A DNA stretch of 41,648 nt, from NCBI GenBank assembly GCA_038326215.1, contig JBBQJU010000002.1, positions 1-41,648 of the forward strand. The letters run 5' to 3'. Under the pieces are notes generated by a model. The model saw only the letters and a program-made list of their open reading frames with translations. It did no database searches and was not told where the DNA came from. Below are positions 8,585 through 19,082 of this stretch, one piece after another. Position numbers and translations under genes: made by a program. Numbering within the stretch: the stretch's first letter is position 1; every line of letters begins with the position of its first letter. Origin of the DNA: Gemmatimonadales bacterium. Its GTDB lineage: Bacteria > Gemmatimonadota > Gemmatimonadetes > Gemmatimonadales > GWC2-71-9.

Positions 8585-9585
8585 CTACGGTCGGGTTGCC
8601 GTGATGAACGCCCGGTAGGCCGAGTCAGCACGTTGAGCAGTGCTCAGCTGCGGCTCGATGTTCCGCATGATGCGGGCGAGGACGGAGCCCGGCGGTGTGC
8701 CGTGATCCTGCGGGACGCCACTCTTGAGCAAAGCAAGCGCCGTGGACCACCGTCGAAGATCGGCCTGATAGGTCACCGGTGACCAGTCGTCCGCGCCGCC
8801 GCGCGTGTCATGGACGTTGGGATCGGCGCCCCGCGCAATCAGCAACCGCGCCGCATCCGGGGTCAGCTGCTCGAAGAACAAGGGCGAACGGCCGTCCGCA
8901 TCCGGTGTCTCGGCGGCGAGTCCCGCGTCGAGCAGCATCTCGAGCACCCGGTGGCCGCGCTCTCCCTCGACCCGCGTGACCAACTCCATAAAGGATCCTT
9001 CGCTTCCCAAGTCATCGGCGCGCGGACGCGCACCGGCCGCCAGCAGGAGGCGCAACCCTTCGAGATCCTGCACCGTGCCACCGTCCATGAGCGCCACGAC
9101 CGTCGCGAGCCCGAGCAGTGATTGGCCGCGTTCGTCGTGAGCGGTCAGGTCGGGTGCCGGCGTGGTGCGCAGCAGGGTGTCGAGCTTCCCAAAGTCCTGG
9201 AGCACCAGCGCCAGCGCGGCCTCACGCGATACCGAATCGGGGTAGTTGTACTGGGGACTTGCCTGCATCGGGCGGTCGACGGGACGCATCGAGGGGTAGA
9301 GCATGCCGAGGACGCGCTGGGGTGACAGGTTGGTGGCGATGGTCAGCGCCACCGGTGCCGCCGCCAGCGCGCTGCCGAGGACGAGCGCGATCTGGCGTCC
9401 CTCCCCACGTCCTCCCCAGAACAGCAGTGCCGCAGCGACCAAGGCCAGCGCGGCAAGGAATGCCCCCAGACCGGTCCCCAAGCCGCGCGACGCGGCGTCG
9501 CCGCCTTCGCGCCCGAAGTACAGCACGGCAGCACCGACGAGGTCCACGACAACCAGAATCCATCCCAGCGTGAGCACGGTGCGGG

Positions 9586-9589
<4 letters not shown>
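8585..9589 (-). CDS. membrane-anchored ankyrin-repeat protein
   Basis: It has N-terminal TM helices followed by ANK-like repeats (LLLAAGARPRADD, LLDAGLAAETPDADGRSPLFF, LLIARGADPNVHDTRG). The ATG overlaps the GT stop (ATGA). Confidence 0.75.
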
Positions 9590-11915
<2,326 letters not shown>

Positions 11916-12064
11916 CTACCGGGGACCGGCGCGGCGGATAGCTTCCGGATGATCGCGGAGAGGGTCACAGTCGGCGGAAATCTCCATGGCAACGCGGCCC
12001 ACCACAGCACGAGGCGCACCTGAAAATTCTCTTCTGGCTCCTCGCGGCCGTCGACGCGGCCGGC

Positions 12065-12955
12065 ATGCTCCTGATCTTCACCCTGGGGCTTGCCGCGGCA
12101 GGCAGTTCCAAGACCAACCCCTGGGTGGTGGCCTGGTACCTCCTCCTCCTCCCTGCCCTCCTGTTGGTCGCAGCGATCCTGGTGTACCTCCGCGCGACAT
12201 CGCCCCTCGCACGCGGACTGGCCCTCGTCCTGGTCGCCGCTCCGCTGACACTGCTGGTGTCCATGCGCCTGCGCGCCGACGCGGAGCTGCGCGCCAATAC
12301 CAACGCGGAAGGTCAGCTCACCTTCTTTCGCGACGGACCGATGCGAGAGATCGCGGAGGCCATCGCGCGGAACAAGGCCGAGACCGTGGCCGCGAAGCTG
12401 CACCTCGTGGACGTGAACGCGGCCGGCATGGAGGGGGAGACCCTGCTGATCCGAGCATTGCGCCAGCTGCGTGAGACGCCCGATCGCCACGAGGTGCTCG
12501 CCGCGTTGCTCGACGGTGGTGCCGACCCCAACAAGGGCACGACACTCGAGTTGCCGTTGGCGCTGGCACTGCAAGTCGCCGCCCGTAGTGGCCCGGCGCC
12601 CGTAAAGCGGATGCTCGACGCCGGCGCCAATCCCAACCTCATCAACAGCAGCGGTGTGCCGCTCTTCTTCGGCGGCGCCGGTCACGCGGTGACGACCGAG
12701 ACGCTGACATTGCTCCTCGACCACGGCGCTGACCTGACCGCCACCGATCGTCAGGGAAGGAATGTGCTCTTCTTTGCCGCCGACGCGCGCAACTGGGCGG
12801 CCGCGACGCTGCTTCTCGACCGCGGGGTTGATTGGAAGCGCGGGCGGACCCTGCAAGGCAAGACGCTGCTGGAGATGTTGGAAGCCAATGCCACCTGGGC
12901 CAGTGCCGACAGCGGCTTCACCGAGGTCCTCACCTTCCTGCGCGCGCACCCATGA
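12065..12955 (+). CDS. membrane-anchored ankyrin-repeat protein, paralogue of 8585-9589. Its true start may be CTG at 12020.
   Basis: It has TM helices followed by ANK repeats (LLDGGADPNKG, MLDAGANPNLINSSGVPLFF, LLDHGADLTATDRQGRNVLFFAA). The in-frame upstream codons encode KILFWLLAAVDAAG, which matches the ank1 N-terminal helix. Confidence 0.75.
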   Translation: MLLIFTLGLAAAGSSKTNPWVVAWYLLLLPALLLVAAILVYLRATSPLARGLALVLVAAPLTLLVSMRLRADAELRANTNAEGQLTFFRDGPMREIAEAIARNKAETVAAKLHLVDVNAAGMEGETLLIRALRQLRETPDRHEVLAALLDGGADPNKGTTLELPLALALQVAARSGPAPVKRMLDAGANPNLINSSGVPLFFGGAGHAVTTETLTLLLDHGADLTATDRQGRNVLFFAADARNWAAATLLLDRGVDWKRGRTLQGKTLLEMLEANATWASADSGFTEVLTFLRAHP

Positions 12956-13524
12956 CGGACGACCTCTTCCGGGTGGGACATCAGGGTCGTGACCAGATGT
13001 ACTACGAAGAGCAGGTCGACGGTGCCTGGTGCCGCATCGAGATTCAGGGCGAGATGCTGATGGGGGCCGCACATCACGTCGTCTATTTCGCTTCGCCGAC
13101 GGACTGGCAGAAGTATCCCGACTGGGCACGCCATCGGCGCGAGGAGATCATCACCCGCATCAAGAGTCGCTTTCATCCGCCAGACTACGAGTACTACGAG
13201 GGTGGGCCAGTCCGGCAGCCGACCAGCGCGCCGCCCGCCACCTGGACGCCAAGCGAGCGGAAAGCCGTCCGTCTCGCTGTCGTGGCGCTGCTGGTATTCC
13301 CGATCGGTGCCGGCTGGATGCTGGTGAGCGGCATCGTCAACGGCGTGACGACCTTCCCGACCAAAGGGATGTGGGGGCGCTCCCCGATGGTACGCACCGA
13401 AGAGCCGCTGCTCTTCTGGACCTGTATCGGGATCTACGCGTTCGTCGTGGTCGCCTCGAGCTGGCTGGCGCGCGCCCTCATGAAGTCCGGCTCCCGGACT
13501 ACGGCTCCGCGTCCGCGCCGATGA
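12952..13524 (+). CDS. hypothetical protein with a soluble N-domain and two C-terminal TM helices
   Basis: ATG at 12952 overlaps the ank2 stop (ATGA). The composition is ordinary (YYEEQVDGAWCRIEIQGEMLMG...). Confidence 0.65.
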   Translation: MTDDLFRVGHQGRDQMYYEEQVDGAWCRIEIQGEMLMGAAHHVVYFASPTDWQKYPDWARHRREEIITRIKSRFHPPDYEYYEGGPVRQPTSAPPATWTPSERKAVRLAVVALLVFPIGAGWMLVSGIVNGVTTFPTKGMWGRSPMVRTEEPLLFWTCIGIYAFVVVASSWLARALMKSGSRTTAPRPRR

Positions 13525-14038
13525 AGCCCGACGTGCGCAGCGTGGCCGCCTCGCGGGTCATGAGCTCCACCAACGAACGCATCTTCGCTGAGGTGCCGGT
13601 CGACAGCGCGCCAGCATCGAGCGGCATCGTTCGCACCCGAAAGAAGTAGGTGCGTTCCCGGTCACTCAGCTCTGTGGCAAGCTCGCGCTCGGCCATTGGG
13701 GGAATGATGGTCCCGCCAGCCGATTGGGTGGCCTGGCGCCACACATCGTTCTGGTACCGGAAGTAGGTGAGTGGCTTCAACAGCTCGAAGTCGCCGTCCG
13801 GCAGCATCAGTGCAGCAATCCGGTTGACGACGACCAGCTGCCACGCTGCGCTGCTCGAATCAACGAAGACGCGCCACACACTATCCGGTGACGCCACACG
13901 TGACTCCACCGTGGGCAGGCCAAGTTCGCGGAGGGTCGCGTCCACCTCCACGAGCCGATCGGGTGGCGCGGTGTTGGTGCACCCCCCAAGTAGCGCGACA
14001 CCAAGCGCGAACACGCCGAAGTAGGACGGCCCGTTCAT
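13499..14038 (-). CDS. hypothetical lipoprotein
   Basis: ATG at 14038 overlaps the upstream stop (ATGA). It has a signal peptide with a lipobox-like LLGGC. Confidence 0.65.
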   Translation of the reverse strand: MNGPSYFGVFALGVALLGGCTNTAPPDRLVEVDATLRELGLPTVESRVASPDSVWRVFVDSSSAAWQLVVVNRIAALMLPDGDFELLKPLTYFRYQNDVWRQATQSAGGTIIPPMAERELATELSDRERTYFFRVRTMPLDAGALSTGTSAKMRSLVELMTREAATLRTSGFIGADAEP

Positions 14039-15168
14039 CGTTGCGCCCGCGCACCGGGCACGATCTTCCCCTCGCGCCACAACCGCTTCACGTCAGCGAT
14101 GCCGGCCGTGAACCACCGCAGACTGGTCAGCCGTTCCTCGACGTCTTCCTCCTCAACACGCACCGTGGCCGAGTAGTAGTAGAACGCCTCGCCGGGGTCC
14201 GTGTGTTGCGCGCTGAGCAACGCCGCCGTTCCGGGAAATGGCAGGTAGGCATTGTCCCCGTTGCTGTACGTCCAGGCGTCGTCCGTGAACGACAGCCAAC
14301 CGATGGTGCCCTGCAGCGGCACCGCGCCTCCCTCACTCGGCAGCTGCGCCGGACGAGGCGGGATGCCACCCGACGGCGAGACGGCGGCCACCGTCCCCAA
14401 CGGCACCAGCAGTTGGTAGCGCGGTTCCGGGTCTGCCGTCCACTCCACATACATGCCATCCACGAGCACCGGAACCCCGGGCTCCAGATCGCCGAGTCCT
14501 GCTGCGGCCAGCATCGTCCGTGCGACTGTGAGCCGCCGTGCCTGCTCCTCCGCGTCGCGTCGAGGGCGATCGCGCATCTCGTCGAACGTTGCCACGGGGT
14601 CGGCGACGATCCGGAACGATGCCGCCATCGCCTCGAGCATCTGCAACCCATCGGCCAGCGACACTTCCTTGTCGACGGCGTGCCACATGATGTGCAGCCG
14701 GCGGGCGGGGTCCCGATACTCGAACCGATGTGACGGTTCCGCCAGGGAGCCGGTCGTGTACACGCCAGCGGTCGCGGTGATCGTCGCCGTTCCGTTGGTG
14801 GAGGAATGCACGAGACTGCTTTGCTCCAGCGAGATGCGGAACGTCGGCGGATACGCCTCGTACGCCTCGGCGGGTGCATCCGGTGCCATCAACGACACCA
14901 CGAGGAATTGCTTGTAGGTGGTCGTGCTACCCATCGACGCCCAGAAATAGGACGACCCGAAGGTGAACGCCAACTCGCCAGGGCGGTCCTTCCTGGCCCC
15001 CTGCAGGATCTCCTCCTTGATGCGCGTCGGCACGCTGATGACGGCGACGGAGTCGAGTTGCCGTTCACGCAGTGGCACACCGCCCATGCTGGTCCTCGAG
15101 AGAAAATACGCCACTGCCAGCGCGGGGAGGGTGGCGCCCGCCAGGAAGGTCGCTGTGCGACGTGTCAC
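14035..15168 (-). CDS. hypothetical membrane-anchored or secreted protein
   Basis: It is a long ORF with ordinary composition. GTG at 15168 yields a signal-anchor (TRRTATFLAGATLPALAVAYFL). The ORF track ATG at 15312 would add an R/P-rich leader, so the start is uncertain. Confidence 0.6.
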   Translation of the reverse strand: MTRRTATFLAGATLPALAVAYFLSRTSMGGVPLRERQLDSVAVISVPTRIKEEILQGARKDRPGELAFTFGSSYFWASMGSTTTYKQFLVVSLMAPDAPAEAYEAYPPTFRISLEQSSLVHSSTNGTATITATAGVYTTGSLAEPSHRFEYRDPARRLHIMWHAVDKEVSLADGLQMLEAMAASFRIVADPVATFDEMRDRPRRDAEEQARRLTVARTMLAAAGLGDLEPGVPVLVDGMYVEWTADPEPRYQLLVPLGTVAAVSPSGGIPPRPAQLPSEGGAVPLQGTIGWLSFTDDAWTYSNGDNAYLPFPGTAALLSAQHTDPGEAFYYYSATVRVEEEDVEERLTSLRWFTAGIADVKRLWREGKIVPGARAQR

Positions 15169-15336
15169 GTGGGTGGTCTCATTGGGGGCGTGCGGGGGAA
15201 GTGGGCTGGATCGCTGTCGAATGAACGGTACCGCCCGCCGGCGGATCGGGGAAGGCGTGCGAGCCCTTCCTGGTTCGGTAGACCGATGGTGAGGCCACAC
15301 CACCACGTTCATGCTAGAGGCACGCGTTCCGCGACG

Positions 15337-15839
15337 TCACGCAGCCCCATACCGCAACCGCAATACATCCCCAGGCATCCGAGCACTCGCCAACAGCCGG
15401 AGCGGCGGCCTCGGTCCGGCGAAGTACGGCTTCCCCTGCCCCACGACGACCGGATGCAGGTAGATCCGATACTCATCGATCAGGCCGAGCGCGGTGAGAC
15501 TGTGCGCCAACGCCGGCCCCGCCACCTCGATCTCGCCGCCCTGCTCCGCCTTCAGCGTGCGGATGGCATGCTCGAGATCACCCGACACCAGCGTCGCGTT
15601 CGGGCCGACTGACTGCAACGTCCGCGACACCACCCTTGGTCTCGCGGCTCAAGCCGCGGCTCGGCTGATGTCACTGAAGTGACGTTGCCCCCCTGGCTAG
15701 GAGAAATCACGTCGCTTTAGCGACATCAACCGAGCCGTCGCTTCAGCGACGAGCGGAAGAGCTCGGGACCCGGCTCAAACGCCGTATGGTCCACGTAGCC
15801 GTCGAGCGACTGGTTCATGCCGAAGATGAGCTTGGCCAT
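15337..15839 (-). pseudogene. dihydrofolate-reductase-family (RibD C-terminal domain type) gene, interrupted with its middle part lost
   Basis: The N-fragment (ATG 15839, strong AGGAGG RBS) encodes MAKLIFGMNQSLDGYVDHTAFEPGPELFR and then hits a stop inside an inserted element. The C-fragment (15337-15633) encodes VSRTL...LIDEYRIYLHPVVVGQGKPYF. About 50 residues expected between the two fragments are absent. Confidence 0.7.
15641..15752. mobile_element. MITE-like nested-palindrome element inserted in the DHFR-family gene
   Basis: It has four short hairpins: GCGGCT-CA-AGCCGC at 15644-15657, GTCAC-TGAA-GTGAC at 15670-15683, GTCGC-TTTA-GCGAC at 15711-15724 and GTCGC-TTCA-GCGAC at 15737-15750. It also has 14/15 long-range inverted arms (ggctcggctgatgtc at 15658-15672, gacatcaaccgagcc at 15722-15736). 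The ends are CTCG...CGAG. Confidence 0.6.
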
Positions 15840-15852
15840 CTACCTGCCTCCT

Positions 15853-16230
15853 TTAGCCACGCTTCGCGAAATAGCGCACACCCGGAAGTCCTTCGAAGTC
15901 GGCGTCCATCGTCCACAGCGTCGCGGTGTATTGCTGCGCGGTCGCGAAGATGATGCTGTCGGCAAGCGGGAGCCGATGATCGACGCCAAGTTTGGCTGCC
16001 GCGAGCGCAAGCCCGCTGTCGAGGGGCACGATCCGCCCTTGGTGCAAGAGGGCCGCGGCCTGCAGCGCGGCATCCTCCCCACGCTGGAGCAGGACTCGGC
16101 GCACCACCTCCACGAGTACGATCGCCGGCACCAGCAGTTGGTCGCCGGCCTCGATCGCCGTGGCAAACCGGCCGGCATTCGGTCCGGCGGCGAAGTACTC
16201 CAGCCACGCGGACGAATCGACGACGTTCAC
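15853..16230 (-). CDS. vapC: PIN-domain type II toxin VapC
   Basis: It has a PIN-like N-terminus (VVDSSAWLEY) and conserved acidic positions (...LADSIIFATA...TMDADF). The GTG start overlaps the vapB stop (GTGA). Confidence 0.85.
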   Translation of the reverse strand: MNVVDSSAWLEYFAAGPNAGRFATAIEAGDQLLVPAIVLVEVVRRVLLQRGEDAALQAAALLHQGRIVPLDSGLALAAAKLGVDHRLPLADSIIFATAQQYTATLWTMDADFEGLPGVRYFAKRG

Positions 16231-16433
16231 ACCCGATCCGTGTCGCGTGGCACCGCGGTGTCGATGCCCTTGAGGAATCCCCGCATGGCACGCATCGACC
16301 GAACCGGGATGAACTCAATGCGATTCTGATATTGCAGGGCCTGCACCTTCTGGCCAGGCTCGAGTCCCATCGCCTCCCGGATCGCACGCGGGATGACGAC
16401 TTGGAACTTCGGCGACACGGTGACGACGGACAT
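16227..16433 (-). CDS. vapB: AbrB/SpoVT-type antitoxin VapB
   Basis: The sequence MSVVTVSPKFQVVIPRAIREAMGLEPGQKV is a typical SpoVT/AbrB swapped-hairpin motif. ATG at 16433 lies inside the ORF track entry 16227..16463. Confidence 0.8.
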   Translation of the reverse strand: MSVVTVSPKFQVVIPRAIREAMGLEPGQKVQALQYQNRIEFIPVRSMRAMRGFLKGIDTAVPRDTDRV

Positions 16434-16552
16434 GGGAACCTCATCGATAGATGTACCGTACAACGATATGTTGATCGATCATTGCCTGCAATGGGACGGC
16501 GGCCCCGCGGCAGCACGCCGTGGGGCCTTCGTTCGGCCCCAATGCTTAGGTA

Positions 16553-16581
16553 TTGACCTTAGTGTTACCGGGCAGTATCCT
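16553..16581 (+). promoter_or_regulatory. candidate sigma70-like promoter for the arsR operon
   Basis: TTGACC (16553-16558), a 17-nt spacer and TATCCT (16576-16581) sit in a locally A/T-richer patch 45 nt upstream of ATG 16626. Confidence 0.35.
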
Positions 16582-16625
16582 CTCTCAGCACGACAGGCCC
16601 GCTCACCCATTCGACTGGAACTGCC

Positions 16626-16967
16626 ATGGTCCAATCTGCCGTCACCGACGATGTCTTCCATGCCCTGTCCAATCCGACTCGGCGGAAGGTCCTCGAACGC
16701 CTCGCGGCCGGCCCCGCCACCGTCAGCGAACTGGCGGAGCCGTTTGCCATGAAGCTCCCGTCGTTCGTGCAACACCTCTCGGTGCTCGAGGAGAGCCGTC
16801 TGGTGAAGTCGAAGAAGCAGGGCCGGGTGCGGACCTACGAGATCGCCCCCGCACGGTTCGAGGTCGCTGAAACGTGGCTGACCGAGCGGCGGAAGATGTG
16901 GGAAGTCCGGCTGGACCGGTTCGACCAGTACGTCACCCAACTCAAGGAGAAGGACGCCACATCATGA
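16626..16967 (+). CDS. ArsR/SmtB family transcriptional regulator
   Basis: It has a winged-helix pattern (FHALSNPTRRKVLERLAAGPATVSELAEPFAMKLPSFVQHLSVLEESRLV). Confidence 0.85.
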   Translation: MVQSAVTDDVFHALSNPTRRKVLERLAAGPATVSELAEPFAMKLPSFVQHLSVLEESRLVKSKKQGRVRTYEIAPARFEVAETWLTERRKMWEVRLDRFDQYVTQLKEKDATS

Positions 16968-17452
16968 GCACGCCGCCGACGATCAACCCCAAGCTCGACT
17001 TCGCGCTCGAACGATTCATCGACGCCCCCAGGCACCTCGTCTGGGCCGCGTTGACGACGCCGGAGCACCTGAAGGAGTGGTACATGCCCAAGGAATGGGG
17101 GCGTGTCGCGCATTGCGAACTGGATGTCCGGCCGGGCGGCATCTTCCGGGTCGACATCGCCGTCGGCGATGGTCCCGACATCCCCAACCTCGGCTGCTTC
17201 CTGGACGTCGTGCCGATGGAGCGTCTGGCGTGGACGTCGATGTTGTTCCCCGACTATCGCCCGGCCGTCTTCGACGACATTCCGATCACCGCCATCGTCA
17301 CGATGGAGAGCGTGGGGAACGGCACGCGCTACGTCTTCACGGCGTTGCACCGGAGCGAAGCGGACTGCGAGAGCAACAAGGCGTCAGGGTTCGTGCAGGG
17401 GACGGAGATCGCGCTGGATCAGCTCGTTGCCCACATCGCGTCGTTGGCGTAG
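16964..17452 (+). CDS. SRPBCC/AHSA1 (Aha1-like) domain protein
   Basis: ATG at 16964 overlaps the arsR stop (ATGA) and has an AAGGAGAAGG RBS. The sequence FALERFIDAPRHLVWAALTTPEHLKEWY is typical of AHSA1-domain partners of ArsR. Confidence 0.8.
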   Translation: MSTPPTINPKLDFALERFIDAPRHLVWAALTTPEHLKEWYMPKEWGRVAHCELDVRPGGIFRVDIAVGDGPDIPNLGCFLDVVPMERLAWTSMLFPDYRPAVFDDIPITAIVTMESVGNGTRYVFTALHRSEADCESNKASGFVQGTEIALDQLVAHIASLA

Positions 17453-17474
17453 CAGCGTCGAAGCGGTCGATGCC

Positions 17475-17912
17475 TTGGCGGCCAAGACGCTGCCCGGCCT
17501 GGAGCGCTCGGTGAAGTGGGGGATGGCCTACTATGGCGTCGGTGATGGCTGGTGCTTCTCGTGCGGTGCCTTCGCCGGTCACGTCAAGCTGATGTTCATC
17601 AACGGCGTGACGCTCACGCCGGTCCCGCCGGTGACACCGGTGGCGATGGGCAAGACGACGCGAGGCGTTGAGATCGCGTCCATGGAGGACTTCGACACAC
17701 GGCAGATCACGGCGTGGATGAAGCAGCTGGGGCGAGGCATGCCTCGCCCCAGCCCCTCGCCCCTGCGCCCTCGCCACGGCGCCATCGCCCCAGCGCCTCG
17801 CCCCTGCTCGCGCCCCATCCCGCTCGCGCGATGCACACCGCTGTTACCGGCCCCGGCGACTCCATCCCCAGCCACCGCCAAACAGCAACACGAGTATCAC
17901 GATGATCAGTAG
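17475..17912 (+). CDS. DUF1801-like protein with an uncertain 5' end and a 3' end that reads through a REP palindrome
   Basis: The core is LPGLERSVKWGMAYYGVGDGWCFSCGAFAGHVKLMFINGV. No ATG or GTG precedes the core in frame; only TTG at 17475 does. After ..ITAWMKQL the frame continues through palindrome C1 into P/A/R-rich sequence up to 17912. Confidence 0.45.
   Translation: MAAKTLPGLERSVKWGMAYYGVGDGWCFSCGAFAGHVKLMFINGVTLTPVPPVTPVAMGKTTRGVEIASMEDFDTRQITAWMKQLGRGMPRPSPSPLRPRHGAIAPAPRPCSRPIPLARCTPLLPAPATPSPATAKQQHEYHDDQ
17729..17750. repeat. REP family C: perfect 22-bp palindrome GGGGCGAGGCATGCCTCGCCCC
   Basis: It is an exact self-complementary 22-mer. Identical copies occur at 18191-18212 and 19083-19104. 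Confidence 0.9.
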
Positions 17913-17927
17913 TGTGTTGGTCGTCAC
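17844..17927 (-). CDS. small hydrophobic protein (27 aa), DUF3309-like
   Basis: It is not in the ORF track because it is under 60 aa. The RBS GGAAGGAGGA lies 4 nt upstream of GTG at 17927. It encodes MTTNTLLIIVILVLLFGGGWGWSRRGR and ends with TAA at 17844-17846. Confidence 0.55.
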   Translation of the reverse strand: MTTNTLLIIVILVLLFGGGWGWSRRGR

Positions 17928-18190
17928 GACGTCCTCCTTCCTGCTTCGGGCAGCACCCCGCTTTCGCTCTGCATTCCCGGATGGCGCGATGCCAGCGGGA
18001 CAAAGCACGATGCCACACACAAGAATCTAGGACGCACGGCCCACCCGACAATCGGTCAAAGGAGTGACACCGTGCATGGCGGTCCGCAGCGACAATATCT
18101 ACGGCATCGACACCGATGAGCTCGGCGTGCAAAGCATCGTACGATTGGCGGTGGCGGCGCGGCAGTAGGGGGTGCAGGGGCGAGGCTGCT

Positions 18191-18212
18191 GGGGCGAGGC
18201 ATGCCTCGCCCC
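18191..18212. repeat. REP family C palindrome, copy 2, with a partial half-copy just upstream
   Basis: It is an exact GGGGCGAGGCATGCCTCGCCCC. It is preceded by gtgcaggggcgaggc (half site) and followed by three caccgtt-type heptads at 18217-18237. Confidence 0.9.
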
Positions 18213-18259
18213 AGCGCACCGTTCACCGTTCACCGCCGCGCATTGACCCTTCGCGATGC

Positions 18260-18724
18260 TCAGGGCCGGCTATGCGCGGCTGAAGACGAATCCTCCCATT
18301 CCGCGACATCGCCCACCGCCACCGTACCCCCTTCCTCCACCTGCGCAAAGACGCCACCCCGCCAGCGCGGTGTGAGCGCGGTCTGCAGGCCGGGCGAGGC
18401 TTCGTCCATCCGCTCGCACGGCGTCAGCTCGCCACCGATGCGGAGACGGCACGCCCCGATGCGCAGCACGCGTCCACGAGTGTCGTAGAGATCGAGGCCG
18501 CTGACGAGGAGGTTTGCGCGCCGCATCGACGGGTCGACCGCGGCGCCGATTTCGGTGGTGGCCTCCTCCCACGCCTCGCGCGAGAGGAGGGTGACCTGGC
18601 GGCGCGTACTGCGGCCGACGCTCCCGACCATGCCCTTGCTCGGCACCAGCACGGCGTCGGCCTGCGGGTCCATCGGACCACGGTGCGCGCGTTTGCTCCA
18701 GAGGGCTTCGAGGCGACCGGGCAT
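18260..18724 (-). CDS. MOSC domain protein
   Basis: ATG at 18724 lies inside the ORF track entry 18260..18871. The pattern is MOSC-like (RANLLVSGLDLYDTRGRVLRIGACRLRIGGELTPCERM). Confidence 0.75.
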   Translation of the reverse strand: MPGRLEALWSKRAHRGPMDPQADAVLVPSKGMVGSVGRSTRRQVTLLSREAWEEATTEIGAAVDPSMRRANLLVSGLDLYDTRGRVLRIGACRLRIGGELTPCERMDEASPGLQTALTPRWRGGVFAQVEEGGTVAVGDVAEWEDSSSAAHSRP

Positions 18725-18741
18725 GGGGTGATCCTCGGTGG

Positions 18742-18951
18742 TCAGCGCTTCGCCAAGTGATACGCGACCAGCGCGTTCGCGTGGCCATGACCGAGCCCGT
18801 GCTCCGCCTTGAGCAACGCGACCAGCTCCATGTGCTTCAGGTCGCCGGCACCGCGCAGGATGGCGAACCAATGCGCGACAGGATGCCCGTACTTCGTTTC
18901 AATGGAGGGGAAGTAGGACGCTGGGCCCTGCACCTTCTCGGAACCTGCCAC
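18742..18951 (-). CDS. DUF4287-like protein
   Basis: GTG at 18951 is preceded by GGAGGAG. The sequence YFPSIETKYGHPVAHWFAIL...LKAEHGLGHGHANALV resembles the DUF4287 family. Confidence 0.7.
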   Translation of the reverse strand: MAGSEKVQGPASYFPSIETKYGHPVAHWFAILRGAGDLKHMELVALLKAEHGLGHGHANALVAYHLAKR

Positions 18952-19082
18952 GGTACTCCTCCAGGCTGTTTCGAGCAATTTATCGCCATCTCACGATATG
19001 CGAATCGACGGTCACGCAGATCCCTCGCTTCGCTCGGGATGACAACCTGCAGTGATCGTCCGCCGCCATGCGGGTGAGTGCA

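Noticed and set aside
16434-16552. Near-palindromes upstream of vapB (ATCGAT...CAACGATATGTTG...ATCGAT) as a VapB operator, and the hairpin GGCCCC-N15-GGGGCC.
   Set aside because: This is plausible for autoregulation, but the symmetry is imperfect and I cannot separate it from chance in a short A/T-richer patch. It is not reported as a feature.
17707-18219. 170-aa minus-strand ORF spanning two family C palindromes.
   Set aside because: Both its ends are just translations of the palindrome (GEACLAPAAS). The interior is R/C/H-rich and overlaps the better-supported 27-aa ORF in another frame.
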